Shown in pieces: positions 9,900-19,196 of a stretch of 44,081 bases of DNA; positions within the stretch are counted from its first letter, which is position 1; each line of letters starts with the position of its first letter. The notes below the pieces were generated by a model that worked only from the letters and a program-made list of their open reading frames with translations, did no database searches and had not been told where the DNA came from. Both the position numbers and the translations under genes were made by a program. Source of the DNA: Pseudobacteriovorax sp. (lineage in GTDB: Bacteria > Bdellovibrionota_B > Oligoflexia > Oligoflexales > Oligoflexaceae); NCBI GenBank assembly GCA_013215145.1, contig JABSRP010000053.1, positions 1-44,081 on the forward strand, written 5' to 3'.

Positions 9900-10934
9900 T
9901 TAGTTTCTACTGAAGAACTCATCAAAGACCTCATCACTCCAGTAAGCGATGCCTTCGGCTTGATTGGGGGAGTGCCATGATTCTTCGGATTTATGGCTTG
10001 GATTGACACAAGCTACGGCTAGAAATAGTAGGCAGAGTGAGGCAAGTAAAAGACTTCGGTTGTTTGGACGTGTGTCTTTGAACGCTTCGATACGACTTCT
10101 CAGTTCACTTTTTCCCAGCTGGTGCCCTACAGTCAGCGGATTTAGCGAACCTTGTAAAAGGAGCTGGCAGTTTAATAGGGTAGCAGCGTATTTCTTACGT
10201 ATTGTTTTGCCCAAGCAAACCTGTCGATCGCAGCTTATTTCCATGGATTTGTTTAGTTGTTTAGCTAGAAAAATCAAAAATGGAGAGAACCATAAAACAC
10301 ACTTTAGTACTTGCATATAGGCATTGAGCTGAATATCTCTCCGTTTAATATGGACATTCTCATGCTCTAGGACTAATGCTAGCCCTTCGTCATCTAAACT
10401 CTTCGTCAGTATTTGAGGAATGAAAATTCTTGGACTAAAGACTCCGTACGACATGGGAGATAGGTTTGATTTATGGGTGTATACTGGGATCCCCTTAAAC
10501 TCGAATGCGCAGTGGGATGAAGCCTCTAGCTGTCGCATACGATTAAGGGCAAATACTAATTTCATTAGTAAGATGGATAGAATAATCGCATAGATTCCCC
10601 AGACGTAGATAAACATGGAGATTGTTGTCGGTTTCACTTCCCTTGACAATAACTTTGGCTCCATGATCTCTTCCATTGTACTAAAGATTAGTGAAGGATG
10701 ATCCTTATTTGGGGTTCTGAAGGTTGGGGTCACAAAATCTTCTGTATCAGCTATTTGAGATATCTTCGATGTTGGGAAATCAAAACTAGGAATAAAAATC
10801 AGCAGAGGTAATGCTAGTAAACTGATTCTCAAGTAATGAAACAAACCATGGGCCGCTACTCTCCCTCGCAAGAAAAACCAACCTACACAAATGAGAAAGG
10901 GATAGATAAAGGCATAAAGGAAAAAAATCATCAA
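9900..10934 (-). CDS. BlaR1/MecR1-type M56 family membrane metalloprotease signal transducer. It lacks the C-terminal beta-lactam sensor domain
   Basis: N-terminal TM helices are followed by the M56 signature SPMSYGVFSPRIFIP…LVLEHENVHIKRRD (an HExxH zinc motif) and MEISCDRQV. After a final TM segment only about 40 residues remain. Confidence 0.85.
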   Translation of the reverse strand: MMIFFLYAFIYPFLICVGWFFLRGRVAAHGLFHYLRISLLALPLLIFIPSFDFPTSKISQIADTEDFVTPTFRTPNKDHPSLIFSTMEEIMEPKLLSREVKPTTISMFIYVWGIYAIILSILLMKLVFALNRMRQLEASSHCAFEFKGIPVYTHKSNLSPMSYGVFSPRIFIPQILTKSLDDEGLALVLEHENVHIKRRDIQLNAYMQVLKCVLWFSPFLIFLAKQLNKSMEISCDRQVCLGKTIRKKYAATLLNCQLLLQGSLNPLTVGHQLGKSELRSRIEAFKDTRPNNRSLLLASLCLLFLAVACVNPSHKSEESWHSPNQAEGIAYWSDEVFDEFFSRN

Positions 10935-11302
10935 TCTAACTCACCTAGAAGTTGACGAATGCGCTCGATTTCATCCGATGAAAGCTTCTGATTCTCGATC
11001 AAATTCAATGCAAGATCAAAAGCCTTCCCCTCATAGACATCTTCAATGAGATTTTCGGCTACAGAATTTTGATAGCTAAGACGGTCAATGCGAGCGGTAA
11101 AACGATGCTCTTTCTCTGAATTGTCCTTTTTTAGATAGTTTTTCTTGACAAGATTATTCACTGCAGTTTGTAGCGAAGTATAGGCAGGAGGCGGATCTAG
11201 CATATTCAAGATATCACGAACACTGGCTCGATCATGATCCCAAAAGAGCTTCATAATTTTTAATTCATGGTCCGTAAGATTTTTATTTATGGGGCGACTC
11301 AT
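10931..11302 (-). CDS. BlaI/MecI/CopY-family winged-helix transcriptional repressor
   Basis: The protein is 123 aa. Its N-terminus LTDHELKIMKLFWDHDRASVRDILNML…YTSLQTAVNNLVKKNYL fits the penicillinase-repressor fold. Its stop overlaps the start of the M56 gene by 4 nt. Confidence 0.8.
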   Translation of the reverse strand: MSRPINKNLTDHELKIMKLFWDHDRASVRDILNMLDPPPAYTSLQTAVNNLVKKNYLKKDNSEKEHRFTARIDRLSYQNSVAENLIEDVYEGKAFDLALNLIENQKLSSDEIERIRQLLGELD

Positions 11303-11344
11303 AGTGAACTCCCTCCGATGCTATATGCTAAAGAAAGCCGGATA

Positions 11345-12208
11345 TTACCGGCTGAAAATTTCGATACTTCCTGCTCCTGTGGAAATATCCACGGGAACCT
11401 TGCCGTTTTTAAGCTTATAGCTTAGGCGTCGATCTACCGACTTGAGGAGCTTTTTGTCTCGATCAAATAATAGAACCTTACCAAACCCAGTAGACGCATC
11501 GAGGGATACGTCAGCAGATGATGGCAACTGAAGCACGATATTACCCCCACCTGTGCGTAAACGTATACCTTTTTTGATAGGTTGATCCATGGAAACATTC
11601 ATAGAACCGCCGCCAGTTTCGGCTTTCAATTCACCAGCCACCTTTTCTAGGTTCATAGAACCGCCGTTGGTAGTGAATTTAAGCTTCCCTTCTGAACGCT
11701 CAGCATGAATAGAGCCTCCATTGGTCTCAACGTCGATATCTCCTGAGACGTCTTCCAGATGGAGCGAGCCACCACGAGACTTAACCACTGCTCTGCCTGA
11801 AATTTTTTCCATGTGAATAGAACCCCCGCGGGTCTCTCCTGCGACATTACCCCTTATATTTTCGATATGCAAAGATCCGCCGGCAGTTCTAATTTTGACT
11901 CCGGAGATTTTGGGGACCTCAAGTTGGTAGCGAACATTACCATTGCCGCCTTTGATCCTGGCACGAATGATGAGTTCTTTGCCTTTAGTGGAACTTTCCA
12001 GCGTAACATTGTCATCTGATACTCCCCAACCAGATACAGTTAATTTAACGTCTTTTCGGTCGCTTCCCTCAATAAAAATTGGTCCAGCATTGGTTTCAAA
12101 GTCAATCACTGGATTGACGGAAACCTTGAAAGTCCTTTCGATATCTTTGCTCAAAGCATTATCTGCGGCAAAAGTAATTAGTACAAAGCTCATCAGTAAT
12201 TTCAGCAT
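11345..12208 (-). CDS. Secreted DUF4097 (toast-rack, putative-adhesin-like) beta-helical repeat protein
   Basis: Signal peptide. A repeated GGS(I/L/M)H(M/L/A)E…(I/V)SG unit (GGSLHIENIRG, GGSIHMEKISG, GGSLHLEDVSG, GGSIHAERSEG, GGSMNLEKVAG) is typical of DUF4097. It is the first gene of the operon shared with the BlaI and M56 genes. Confidence 0.65.
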   Translation of the reverse strand: MLKLLMSFVLITFAADNALSKDIERTFKVSVNPVIDFETNAGPIFIEGSDRKDVKLTVSGWGVSDDNVTLESSTKGKELIIRARIKGGNGNVRYQLEVPKISGVKIRTAGGSLHIENIRGNVAGETRGGSIHMEKISGRAVVKSRGGSLHLEDVSGDIDVETNGGSIHAERSEGKLKFTTNGGSMNLEKVAGELKAETGGGSMNVSMDQPIKKGIRLRTGGGNIVLQLPSSADVSLDASTGFGKVLLFDRDKKLLKSVDRRLSYKLKNGKVPVDISTGAGSIEIFSR

Positions 12209-12237
12209 GTCATCCTCGATGGTTTAGTCGGATAAAT

Positions 12238-12282
12238 CTCCTAGTTAACTAGTAGGTTGACTATCTACTAGTTAACTAGGAG
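12238..12282. promoter_or_regulatory. Perfect 18-bp inverted repeat with a 9-bp spacer (CTCCTAGTTAACTAGTAG-GTTGACTAT-CTACTAGTTAACTAGGAG). It is a candidate operator for the BlaI-family repressor
   Basis: Verified base by base. It lies 30-74 bp upstream of the DUF4097-blaI-M56 operon start at 12208, in the divergent promoter region shared with the alcohol dehydrogenase gene. Each arm contains the self-palindrome CTAGTTAACTAG. Confidence 0.5.
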
Positions 12283-12454
12283 ATGTCAAGCGATAATGCC
12301 TATACGCAGATTCCAGTCGTTGAGTTGTTTCTTATGCATCTCCATGTTTCATCTTTTTCTCCGTGGAATATGGTTAAAATGAAAGTCCCCACCCATTTTT
12401 TTAGGGTGATGACTTGTGACCTTGAACTTACTACCCCCTGTTTAGGAGACCCCC

Positions 12455-13600
12455 ATGAATAACTTTACGTACTATAACCCTGTCAAAATTGCATTTGGTT
12501 CGGGATCAATAGCACAGGTAGCGGATCTCATACCCTCTGATGTTGCGGTCATGATTCTCTATGGTGGTGGCAGTATTAAAAAGAATGGAGTTTACGATCA
12601 GGTCGTCTCAGCGCTCAAAAATCATCGTTGTGTTGAGTTTTCTGGTATCGAGGCGAATCCTACTTATGAAACTCTTATGCAGGCCGTAGAAAAAGCGCGA
12701 GCAGAAAATATCGGCTACCTATTGGCAGTGGGAGGCGGTTCGGTTCTGGATGGGACCAAGTTTGTAGCCGCAGCTATACCTTACAAGGGAGATGCCTGGG
12801 ATATTCCCATGAGTCAGGCAAAAATCGATTCGGCAGTTCCTCTTGGGGCTGTATTGACACTTTCTGCAACAGGTTCAGAGATGAATTGCTTTTCAGTGGT
12901 TTCTCATAAGGAAAAGAAGTTAAAGAAAGGTTGGGCTAACGAGAAGGTCTATCCACAATTTTCGGTTTTAGACCCTAAGGTTACCTATTCCCTCCCGGAT
13001 CGGCAGGTTCTAAATGGAGTTGTAGATCCCTTTGTTCATGTCACGGAGCAATATCTTACTTATCCCAGTCAGGCTATGGTCCAAGATAATTTTTCCGAGG
13101 GTGTGCTTCGCACATTAATCCATTATGGACCTAGAGCTCTTTCAGAAAAAGAAAACTATGAAGTGCGTTCAAATCTTATGTGGGCAGCGTCCAATGCCCT
13201 CAATGGACTCATTGGTAGTGGAGTCCCTCAAGACTGGGCCACTCATATGATTGGACATGAGCTTACTGTATTATATGGACTCGATCATGCGCAAACCCTT
13301 GCAGTGGTATTGCCAAGCTTGCTTAGATACAAAGTCGATAAGAAGGAGGAAAAGCTAGCTCAGTTTGCTGAGGCCGTTTGGAACATTAAAGATGGATCTC
13401 CACGTGAAAAGGCGCTTGGTGCTATTGATCGAACAGAACAATTCTTTAGAGATGTTGGGGTAAAAACCAAGCTTTCGGAATACTCCGTGGCTCAGGATGC
13501 TCCACAAGTAGTTGCCTCTCGACTGGACTCAGCAGCTTTAGGGGAGCACCGCGACATTAAGCGAGACGATATAGAGGCCATATTAAAAATGGCATTTTAA
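12455..13600 (+). CDS. Iron-containing (group III) alcohol dehydrogenase, YqhD or butanol-dehydrogenase-like
   Basis: The GGGSVLDGTKFVAAA NAD(P)-binding motif and conserved His-rich metal-site regions are present over a 381-aa length. AGGAGA lies 6 nt upstream of the ATG. Confidence 0.85.
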   Translation: MNNFTYYNPVKIAFGSGSIAQVADLIPSDVAVMILYGGGSIKKNGVYDQVVSALKNHRCVEFSGIEANPTYETLMQAVEKARAENIGYLLAVGGGSVLDGTKFVAAAIPYKGDAWDIPMSQAKIDSAVPLGAVLTLSATGSEMNCFSVVSHKEKKLKKGWANEKVYPQFSVLDPKVTYSLPDRQVLNGVVDPFVHVTEQYLTYPSQAMVQDNFSEGVLRTLIHYGPRALSEKENYEVRSNLMWAASNALNGLIGSGVPQDWATHMIGHELTVLYGLDHAQTLAVVLPSLLRYKVDKKEEKLAQFAEAVWNIKDGSPREKALGAIDRTEQFFRDVGVKTKLSEYSVAQDAPQVVASRLDSAALGEHRDIKRDDIEAILKMAF

Positions 13601-13609
13601 CCGGAAGCC

Positions 13610-13628
13610 TCTGCCCCTTGCGGGCAGA
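13610..13628. terminator. Bidirectional rho-independent-type hairpin between convergent genes (tctgccc-cttgc-gggcaga)
   Basis: A 7-bp GC-rich stem with a 5-nt loop lies 10 nt after the ADH stop and 7 nt before the GNAT gene stop. A short T-run follows on the + strand. Confidence 0.5.
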
Positions 13629-13634
13629 TTCTCA

Positions 13635-14483
13635 CTATTCTAATATGATAGCATAGTGACCAATAGTCCCATAGCCAAGACCTTCGTATACCTTTCGTGC
13701 AGGTATGTTGCTTTCTCCAGTAAAAAGAATGTTTCGCGTATGACCATGAATTTCGATGCAATCGGCTAAGATATGCCGAATCAATCTTTTAGAAAGGCCG
13801 CGAGACCGATGCTCTCTTTTTGTGTAGACCCCTCCTAACTGTCCTCTGGTCTCAAACTTTCCATTGAGACTAGCTACAGCAAGCAATTCATCTGCAGACC
13901 AAAGTCCCCACCAGCAGTTTTCTTTAACCATGGACTCAAAAAGCCTTCTCCTCTCGTCTTCGGAGATGATTTCTTGAATCCCCGTATCTTGTAGAAAACC
14001 TTGTTGCAGAGGAGTCCACGCTTGAAAGTCATCTTTGGTCAATAGCCTAACGGATTCATCTCGAATTTCACCTTCTGGAATAAGGTTACGGTCATATAGG
14101 ATTTCTTTTGATACATAGCTAGGCTGATAATCCGGATTCCGCTTGCAATAAGTATGGTATAAGGGCTCAATGCCGGTCCAATCGCCAATGAAGCCACCCA
14201 CCACCCTTTGGGTTTCTTTGCAGAAGTCCAGGATTATGTTGGGGTCAATAGCCTGTGTGGATTGATAAAGTATGTTTTTACGATTGCCATGAGAGAAGAC
14301 GGTAGTGATGCAATCGTTTTGATCTCTCAAGATAAAGTAATCGGAACTATTGAGATGGTCCCCACAACGAAAGCCGAAATTCGCGAGATTAGATAGTAAA
14401 AATTGTGCCTGGTCTGCATATCTTCGCAGAAAATCCATGGTCTCCGATGCGCTTTTTGCGGTTACGGCTTCGATCTTTATCAT
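13635..14483 (-). CDS. GNAT-family N-acetyltransferase with an N-terminal extension
   Basis: C-terminal acetyl-CoA-binding motifs (…HRSRGLSKRLIRHIL… and …TGESNIPARKVYEGLGY). Confidence 0.7.
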   Translation of the reverse strand: MIKIEAVTAKSASETMDFLRRYADQAQFLLSNLANFGFRCGDHLNSSDYFILRDQNDCITTVFSHGNRKNILYQSTQAIDPNIILDFCKETQRVVGGFIGDWTGIEPLYHTYCKRNPDYQPSYVSKEILYDRNLIPEGEIRDESVRLLTKDDFQAWTPLQQGFLQDTGIQEIISEDERRRLFESMVKENCWWGLWSADELLAVASLNGKFETRGQLGGVYTKREHRSRGLSKRLIRHILADCIEIHGHTRNILFTGESNIPARKVYEGLGYGTIGHYAIILE

Positions 14484-14739
14484 ATTGCATTACCCTTTTA
14501 GCATTTTTGCAGTGCCCTTTGAGGTCTTTGCCAATTCGTCCTCGCTAAGTTCATAACTAGAATTTTGGTTGTCAATTGGCAAGGTCTATGTTCATCGAAA
14601 TGTTTAAGACATCTATTTGACGACCAAATTTTTGACAACCGTCTACAATATCGACTGTTAGGGTAGTAGTCGAACCGATATTGGTAGGTTTGTATCTTAG
14701 GATAACCTTTTAGGGTTTTTTTCAGCCAAATCTATTTTT

Positions 14740-15525
14740 TTAGATCAGTTCCATCATGGAGTGGTCCTCTAAGCCCTTCTCAATCTCTTCGAATAGCTTT
14801 TGCCAGTTTGCGCTGCCGAGGTTTTTCTTGTCGATAGCCAAATGGTGGAATTTACTCGCCTTTGTTTGTCTCAATCTGAGAAAATCCATATGACTAAACT
14901 TTTCTTTTGATAGATGGTTTAGACTTTTATAGCAAACTAGTTCATCTCTGGGCCTGCAGGCGACCAAAGACTTTACCGGAAACTCGTTGCTATCAAGGGT
15001 GTCTCGGACAGCATCTAGAGACTCAAAAAGAGCCCTGTAGAAACTCATCGGTAGATGGTCGTGCCTTCTAATCCCGTCTGGGGAAAGGCTTTTTATCGAT
15101 AGGCCGGGAAAAATTCTACTGGGCCATTTCAATAGTTTACTGCGTTTGCGGAGTGTGATGGCAGGTGCGATCATCACAGCATAAGAAAATGTCGATGATT
15201 GGGTTGAGAGTACATGATCCATAAATACCAAAGCACCTGTCGAAAAACCTAGAAAATAAGCGGGTAAGCTAGGTTGATTCTTACGGATATCAGCAACGCT
15301 TGATTCGAGACTATTGAAATTTTCTAGCCAAGAGTGCCGTGAGGGTTGGCTCCAGTCGCTAGTGTTTTCATGCCCCGCTAAGGTCAAGTTTAGAGTAATA
15401 AATCCAAGATCTTGAAGCTTTGTTCGAATATCTGTTAGGCAAGTCGCCTGATTATTCAAGCCGTGAGCTAAAGCAAAAATTCCTCTAGGGTGCTTTTTAG
15501 GAAACTGAATACAAACGTGACTCAT
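14740..15525 (-). CDS. Alpha/beta-fold hydrolase, lysophospholipase or S33-like
   Basis: The HG oxyanion-region motif (FALAHGLNN) and the nucleophile elbow GFSTG (GxSxG) are present. Length is 261 aa. Confidence 0.65.
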   Translation of the reverse strand: MSHVCIQFPKKHPRGIFALAHGLNNQATCLTDIRTKLQDLGFITLNLTLAGHENTSDWSQPSRHSWLENFNSLESSVADIRKNQPSLPAYFLGFSTGALVFMDHVLSTQSSTFSYAVMIAPAITLRKRSKLLKWPSRIFPGLSIKSLSPDGIRRHDHLPMSFYRALFESLDAVRDTLDSNEFPVKSLVACRPRDELVCYKSLNHLSKEKFSHMDFLRLRQTKASKFHHLAIDKKNLGSANWQKLFEEIEKGLEDHSMMELI

Positions 15526-15916
15526 GGGTTCTCCGCGTCAAAAAGAATCATCAGTAAAGCAGTGTCTGAAATCTATATCTAATTGAAATTATTGAACTGT
15601 TTTTGTTATTCCTCTAGTTCAAAGGCGACGTCAGTGATATTGCTTATATCTCTAACACACAGTCCAAATGCGCTAAACAGGAAATTTGGCTGCATTTGCC
15701 TTCTAGATTTTTTTTCTAGATGTCTTGTTTTTAGCAAGGTTAATGCCAGCGATTTATCTGTGACTGCAATTGATTAGAATCCTTATAAAATGACTGTGAA
15801 ACTAAGAAAAAAGTGTTAGTTGTAGTGTTATAGGCTCCAAACATGGATTGGTTATCCATGATCGAGACGTATGGAACTCGTGTTAAAGCCTGCATACTGT
15901 TTAGGGAGAACTCTGG

Positions 15917-16831
15917 GTGCCGCATTTACAATACTCTGGATTAAATCTCAGTCGCGATGTTGACTTTACAACTATGGACCACCTTGGTGATAATGGTTGT
16001 TCCTGTGTTATTCTTCACGTCAAGAAGGATAAGATTCTTTGCGATATTGACGATGAAAACATCAGTCTCAGTTTGTCTTCCTACAATAAAGATTCTATTC
16101 AAGGAGAGATTTTGTTTCTCGGTGCTCTAGATGATCGCTATTATTTTGTCGAGGCGGGCACTGATGGTGTACAAAAAGATACTCAGAAGTATATGAGCAT
16201 AAGGGCCGTGACTCAACAATTATCATCTTTTGAGTCGGCGCTGGCTGCCTATGCCAAAGGTTTGTTGGAGTGGCACGAAACTCACCGCTTCTGTCCGGCC
16301 TGTGGCAGTGCAAATACCTTACAACAATTCGGTGCTCTAAGAATCTGTACTAACGAAAGCTGTCGAAAAGAATCCTACCCAAGGATCAATCCAGCAGTCA
16401 TCATGCTGGTAGAAGCGGAAGTGGGAGATCAGACCAAGGTTTTGTTGGCTCATCACAGACACTATCGCAAAGGGCATTATTCGACTCTTGCCGGATACCT
16501 TAGCCTGGGGGAATCTCTAGAGGATGCGGTGAGACGAGAGGTTTGGGAAGAGACTAGGGTGAGAGTCTCAAACGTCCAATACTGCGGATCTCAGCCCTGG
16601 TCTTTTTCAGGATCCATTATGATATTGTTTACAGCGAAAGCCGAAACCACTGCGATTGAGCCTGATGGTGTGGAAGTGATTGATGCTAGGTGGTTTAGTC
16701 GAAACGAAATTATTGAACGTAAACTATTCTCCTCACCGGATTCCGCATCGGGTTATCTGATTAAAGCGTGGCTTGAAAAAGATGCTGATGATTGTGAGGA
16801 GGCTTTGAAAGTTGACCCTAGCAAAGGCTAG
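15917..16831 (+). CDS. nudC: NAD(+) diphosphatase NudC, a Nudix hydrolase with a C4 zinc ribbon
   Basis: The zinc ribbon is CPACGS…CTNESC. The Nudix box is GYLSLGESLEDAVRREVWEETRV. The start is a GTG preceded by GGGAGA. Confidence 0.8.
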   Translation: MPHLQYSGLNLSRDVDFTTMDHLGDNGCSCVILHVKKDKILCDIDDENISLSLSSYNKDSIQGEILFLGALDDRYYFVEAGTDGVQKDTQKYMSIRAVTQQLSSFESALAAYAKGLLEWHETHRFCPACGSANTLQQFGALRICTNESCRKESYPRINPAVIMLVEAEVGDQTKVLLAHHRHYRKGHYSTLAGYLSLGESLEDAVRREVWEETRVRVSNVQYCGSQPWSFSGSIMILFTAKAETTAIEPDGVEVIDARWFSRNEIIERKLFSSPDSASGYLIKAWLEKDADDCEEALKVDPSKG

Positions 16832-16864
16832 GGTCATGACAATTGAGCGAGTCCTAGGCACCAT

Positions 16865-17335
16865 TTACCTGCAATTGACATAAGAGATTCTATTAAAGAA
16901 AGTCTTAATGTTTGAGCCAAGAGTCAGGTGATTGGAAATATGAAATCCATCAAAGGCTTGAAGATCTTCGTCTGTGGAAAGTCTGATGGTTGATCCAAAA
17001 AGCTCCGAGCCACCAGAGCGTTCCTGCTGCTCATATATGAGCTCTCCTCTATCAAAGTCGTAGCGCACAGTTACGCTTCGGCTTATCTCAATGCTTTCTT
17101 CTGATGCAAACGGTAGTAAATCTTTTGGTATGCGAAGCTCTACAAGGGCAGGTCCAGCATCTATACCACCTATGGCACCAGCAAGTAGACCAGGTTTTTC
17201 CAATCCATCGAGGTTAATGATGATAAATCGATCGTTCTCACTAATCTCAGTTGAGCACTCCTCAGCGTTGGCAAAACTTAGCTGACTAACGAAAATTAAG
17301 GTAAGAAAATTAAAAAGTCTGTAGGTCATGAGCAT
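16865..17335 (-). CDS. Secreted hypothetical protein (156 aa)
   Basis: Signal peptide MLMTYRLFNFLTLIFVSQLSFANA. No domain recognised. Confidence 0.5.
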   Translation of the reverse strand: MLMTYRLFNFLTLIFVSQLSFANAEECSTEISENDRFIIINLDGLEKPGLLAGAIGGIDAGPALVELRIPKDLLPFASEESIEISRSVTVRYDFDRGELIYEQQERSGGSELFGSTIRLSTDEDLQAFDGFHISNHLTLGSNIKTFFNRISYVNCR

Positions 17336-17598
17336 TCTCCACTTAACGGGTTTGATATCGATAGGTATGTTTGCTATCCACGTTCCTCTTACGACAGTTC
17401 GAACGTTAGTTCAAACATTTAATAGACGTGTTCTGAAAAATATTGTATAATAAATACAAGCAGTTACATGAATTAAGTCAAAATATTTCAGTGATCTTAT
17501 CTAGTAAAGATTAACTAGATGGTTCTTTAGGTAAACCATCCGCAGTTGAAATGATGAATTAATTTCGGTAATGAGCCCTTACAGCATTCTGCTCAATA

Positions 17599-17952
17599 CT
17601 AAGCATCGAATGTCATGACGCTAGCAGTCGTGCAGAGAACATATATCAGCATGATGATCCTATCTATGCGTTGCTTGTTCAATCCTTTAGCGATGAATGA
17701 CTCTATGAGCCAATAAATGTAGGAATCGGTTTGGTTAGTGAGTCCTCGCTTTTCTCTGATCAGCCAGTGAAGCTTTGTTAGGAGGCAAAATCCGGGATAG
17801 GTGAAATAGCCTATTCCAAACCAAGAGACAGCCACCAACCCTTGTACGATTAAATGATATTCATGAGTGGCTGGATGAGCCCATCCAGCAATACTAAATA
17901 GAATAAAGATACAGTGAAAGGCGTGAAGACTGTAATCCATGATCCTAAGCAT
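17599..17952 (-). CDS. Small multi-pass membrane protein of unknown function. It is the last gene of the GlpD-like/DegT operon
   Basis: 3 hydrophobic helices. The start is ambiguous: the ORF extends to 17976, with an ATG at 17952 (8-nt overlap with the DegT stop) or at 17940 (4-nt gap). Confidence 0.45.
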   Translation of the reverse strand: MLRIMDYSLHAFHCIFILFSIAGWAHPATHEYHLIVQGLVAVSWFGIGYFTYPGFCLLTKLHWLIREKRGLTNQTDSYIYWLIESFIAKGLNKQRIDRIIMLIYVLCTTASVMTFDA

Positions 17953-19192
17953 TTTGCTTCCTCCAGGTTGATTCAATAAGCTCAGCAGAATTCATCACTT
18001 TGTCGAAAGCTTTTATGTACTGGGGAATCAACTCCTTATGGTCGATGAGCATAGGAATAGCGAGCATACTCTTACAGGTTGCCTCAGTAGTGGGTAGTGT
18101 CACAGAGCTGTAGTCTGGAATGTTACGATGTTCCAACCGAGAGAATTGATTGAAGGTACCCTCGGTAAAAAACGGCTGCTGATGCAGCAGTGGGTATCGT
18201 GGGACACCGATCATACATCCCTCTGCCTGAAGGGCAGCTTCTAATGCGCCTACGCTAATCAACTGTTCATCTTTCACTTGTGCTATAAGTTCGAAGAAAA
18301 CTCTTTTATTTGGCCGAGAGCTCTGACAAAAACTTAGTTGATACTTTTGTAGACCTTCTATTAGCATGTGACAGTTCATTTCTCTTTGTTTATTGGTATC
18401 ATCTAAACGCGCTAGGCTGTTTTTTGCAATTAATGCTGAGATGGGAGCGATTCTGGTTTTTAACCCAAACCCCGTCCCCGCGAAACGTCTAGCAGGTGAA
18501 TCTAGCTCAATAATGCGCGTAATGTCGCCAAGGCAGCAGGCTTTTTCGAAAAAACTATATTCATCACATAACAGGATTCCTCCTTCGCCGCCTGGAGCAA
18601 GTTTATCTCCTTGCAATGAAAGAACGCTAATATCTCCAAAGGAGCCACAGGGTTTTCCCTTATAGATAGCACCATGCGCATGAGATGCATCTTCAATCAC
18701 TTTCAAATTATGACGTTTCGCTATATCCAGGATCTCATCAACTTGACAAGGCATACCCCAGAGATGAACCATGACGATGGCCCGGGTTTTTTCGGTAATC
18801 AATGACTCGATATGTTTTGGGTCTGGTCCGAGAGTCATCGTCTCTGACTCGCAGAAGACCGGAACGGCACCGAGCCATGTCATAGGAGAGGCGGAAGCCC
18901 AAAAAGTTGCAGCAGGTACGATCACCTCATCTCCTGGTTTTAGACCTATAGCAAAGAAACTAGCGAGAAGAGCAGCAGTACCATTGCAGTGAGCTAAACC
19001 GTAGCGTCTTTCTGTTTGCTGACAATAATCTTGTTCCAGTTGTCTAATAACCGGGTGCGTAGAAAGGTCCCCATGTTTCATCAGCTCTGCAACGTCTTCC
19101 CAATCCTGTTTTTGGTATTTAACTCTTGTTTGAAATTGATGAACTTGATGGATTTCTTTTTGTCCGCCAAGGATTGCTGGTAGCTGTTTCAT
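17945..19192 (-). CDS. DegT/DnrJ/EryC1/StrS-family PLP-dependent aminotransferase
   Basis: Family-typical N-terminal region (…ASFFAIGLKPGDEVIVPAATFWASASP…), a central HLWGMPCQVDEILDIAKRHNLKVIEDASHAHGA segment, and Lys in SLQGDKL. Confidence 0.8.
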   Translation of the reverse strand: MKQLPAILGGQKEIHQVHQFQTRVKYQKQDWEDVAELMKHGDLSTHPVIRQLEQDYCQQTERRYGLAHCNGTAALLASFFAIGLKPGDEVIVPAATFWASASPMTWLGAVPVFCESETMTLGPDPKHIESLITEKTRAIVMVHLWGMPCQVDEILDIAKRHNLKVIEDASHAHGAIYKGKPCGSFGDISVLSLQGDKLAPGGEGGILLCDEYSFFEKACCLGDITRIIELDSPARRFAGTGFGLKTRIAPISALIAKNSLARLDDTNKQREMNCHMLIEGLQKYQLSFCQSSRPNKRVFFELIAQVKDEQLISVGALEAALQAEGCMIGVPRYPLLHQQPFFTEGTFNQFSRLEHRNIPDYSSVTLPTTEATCKSMLAIPMLIDHKELIPQYIKAFDKVMNSAELIESTWRKQNA

Positions 19193-19196
19193 AATT

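Noticed and set aside
8846-10320. Plus-strand ORFs 8846-9238 and 9964-10320
   Set aside because: They are antisense to the well-supported beta-helix and M56 protease genes.
16814-16835. 9-bp-stem hairpin (gaccctagc-aaag-gctagggtc) overlapping the nudC stop codon, considered as a terminator
   Set aside because: No U-tract follows on either strand, so it could equally be a chance palindrome (it contains CTAG-rich sequence). I left it uncalled.
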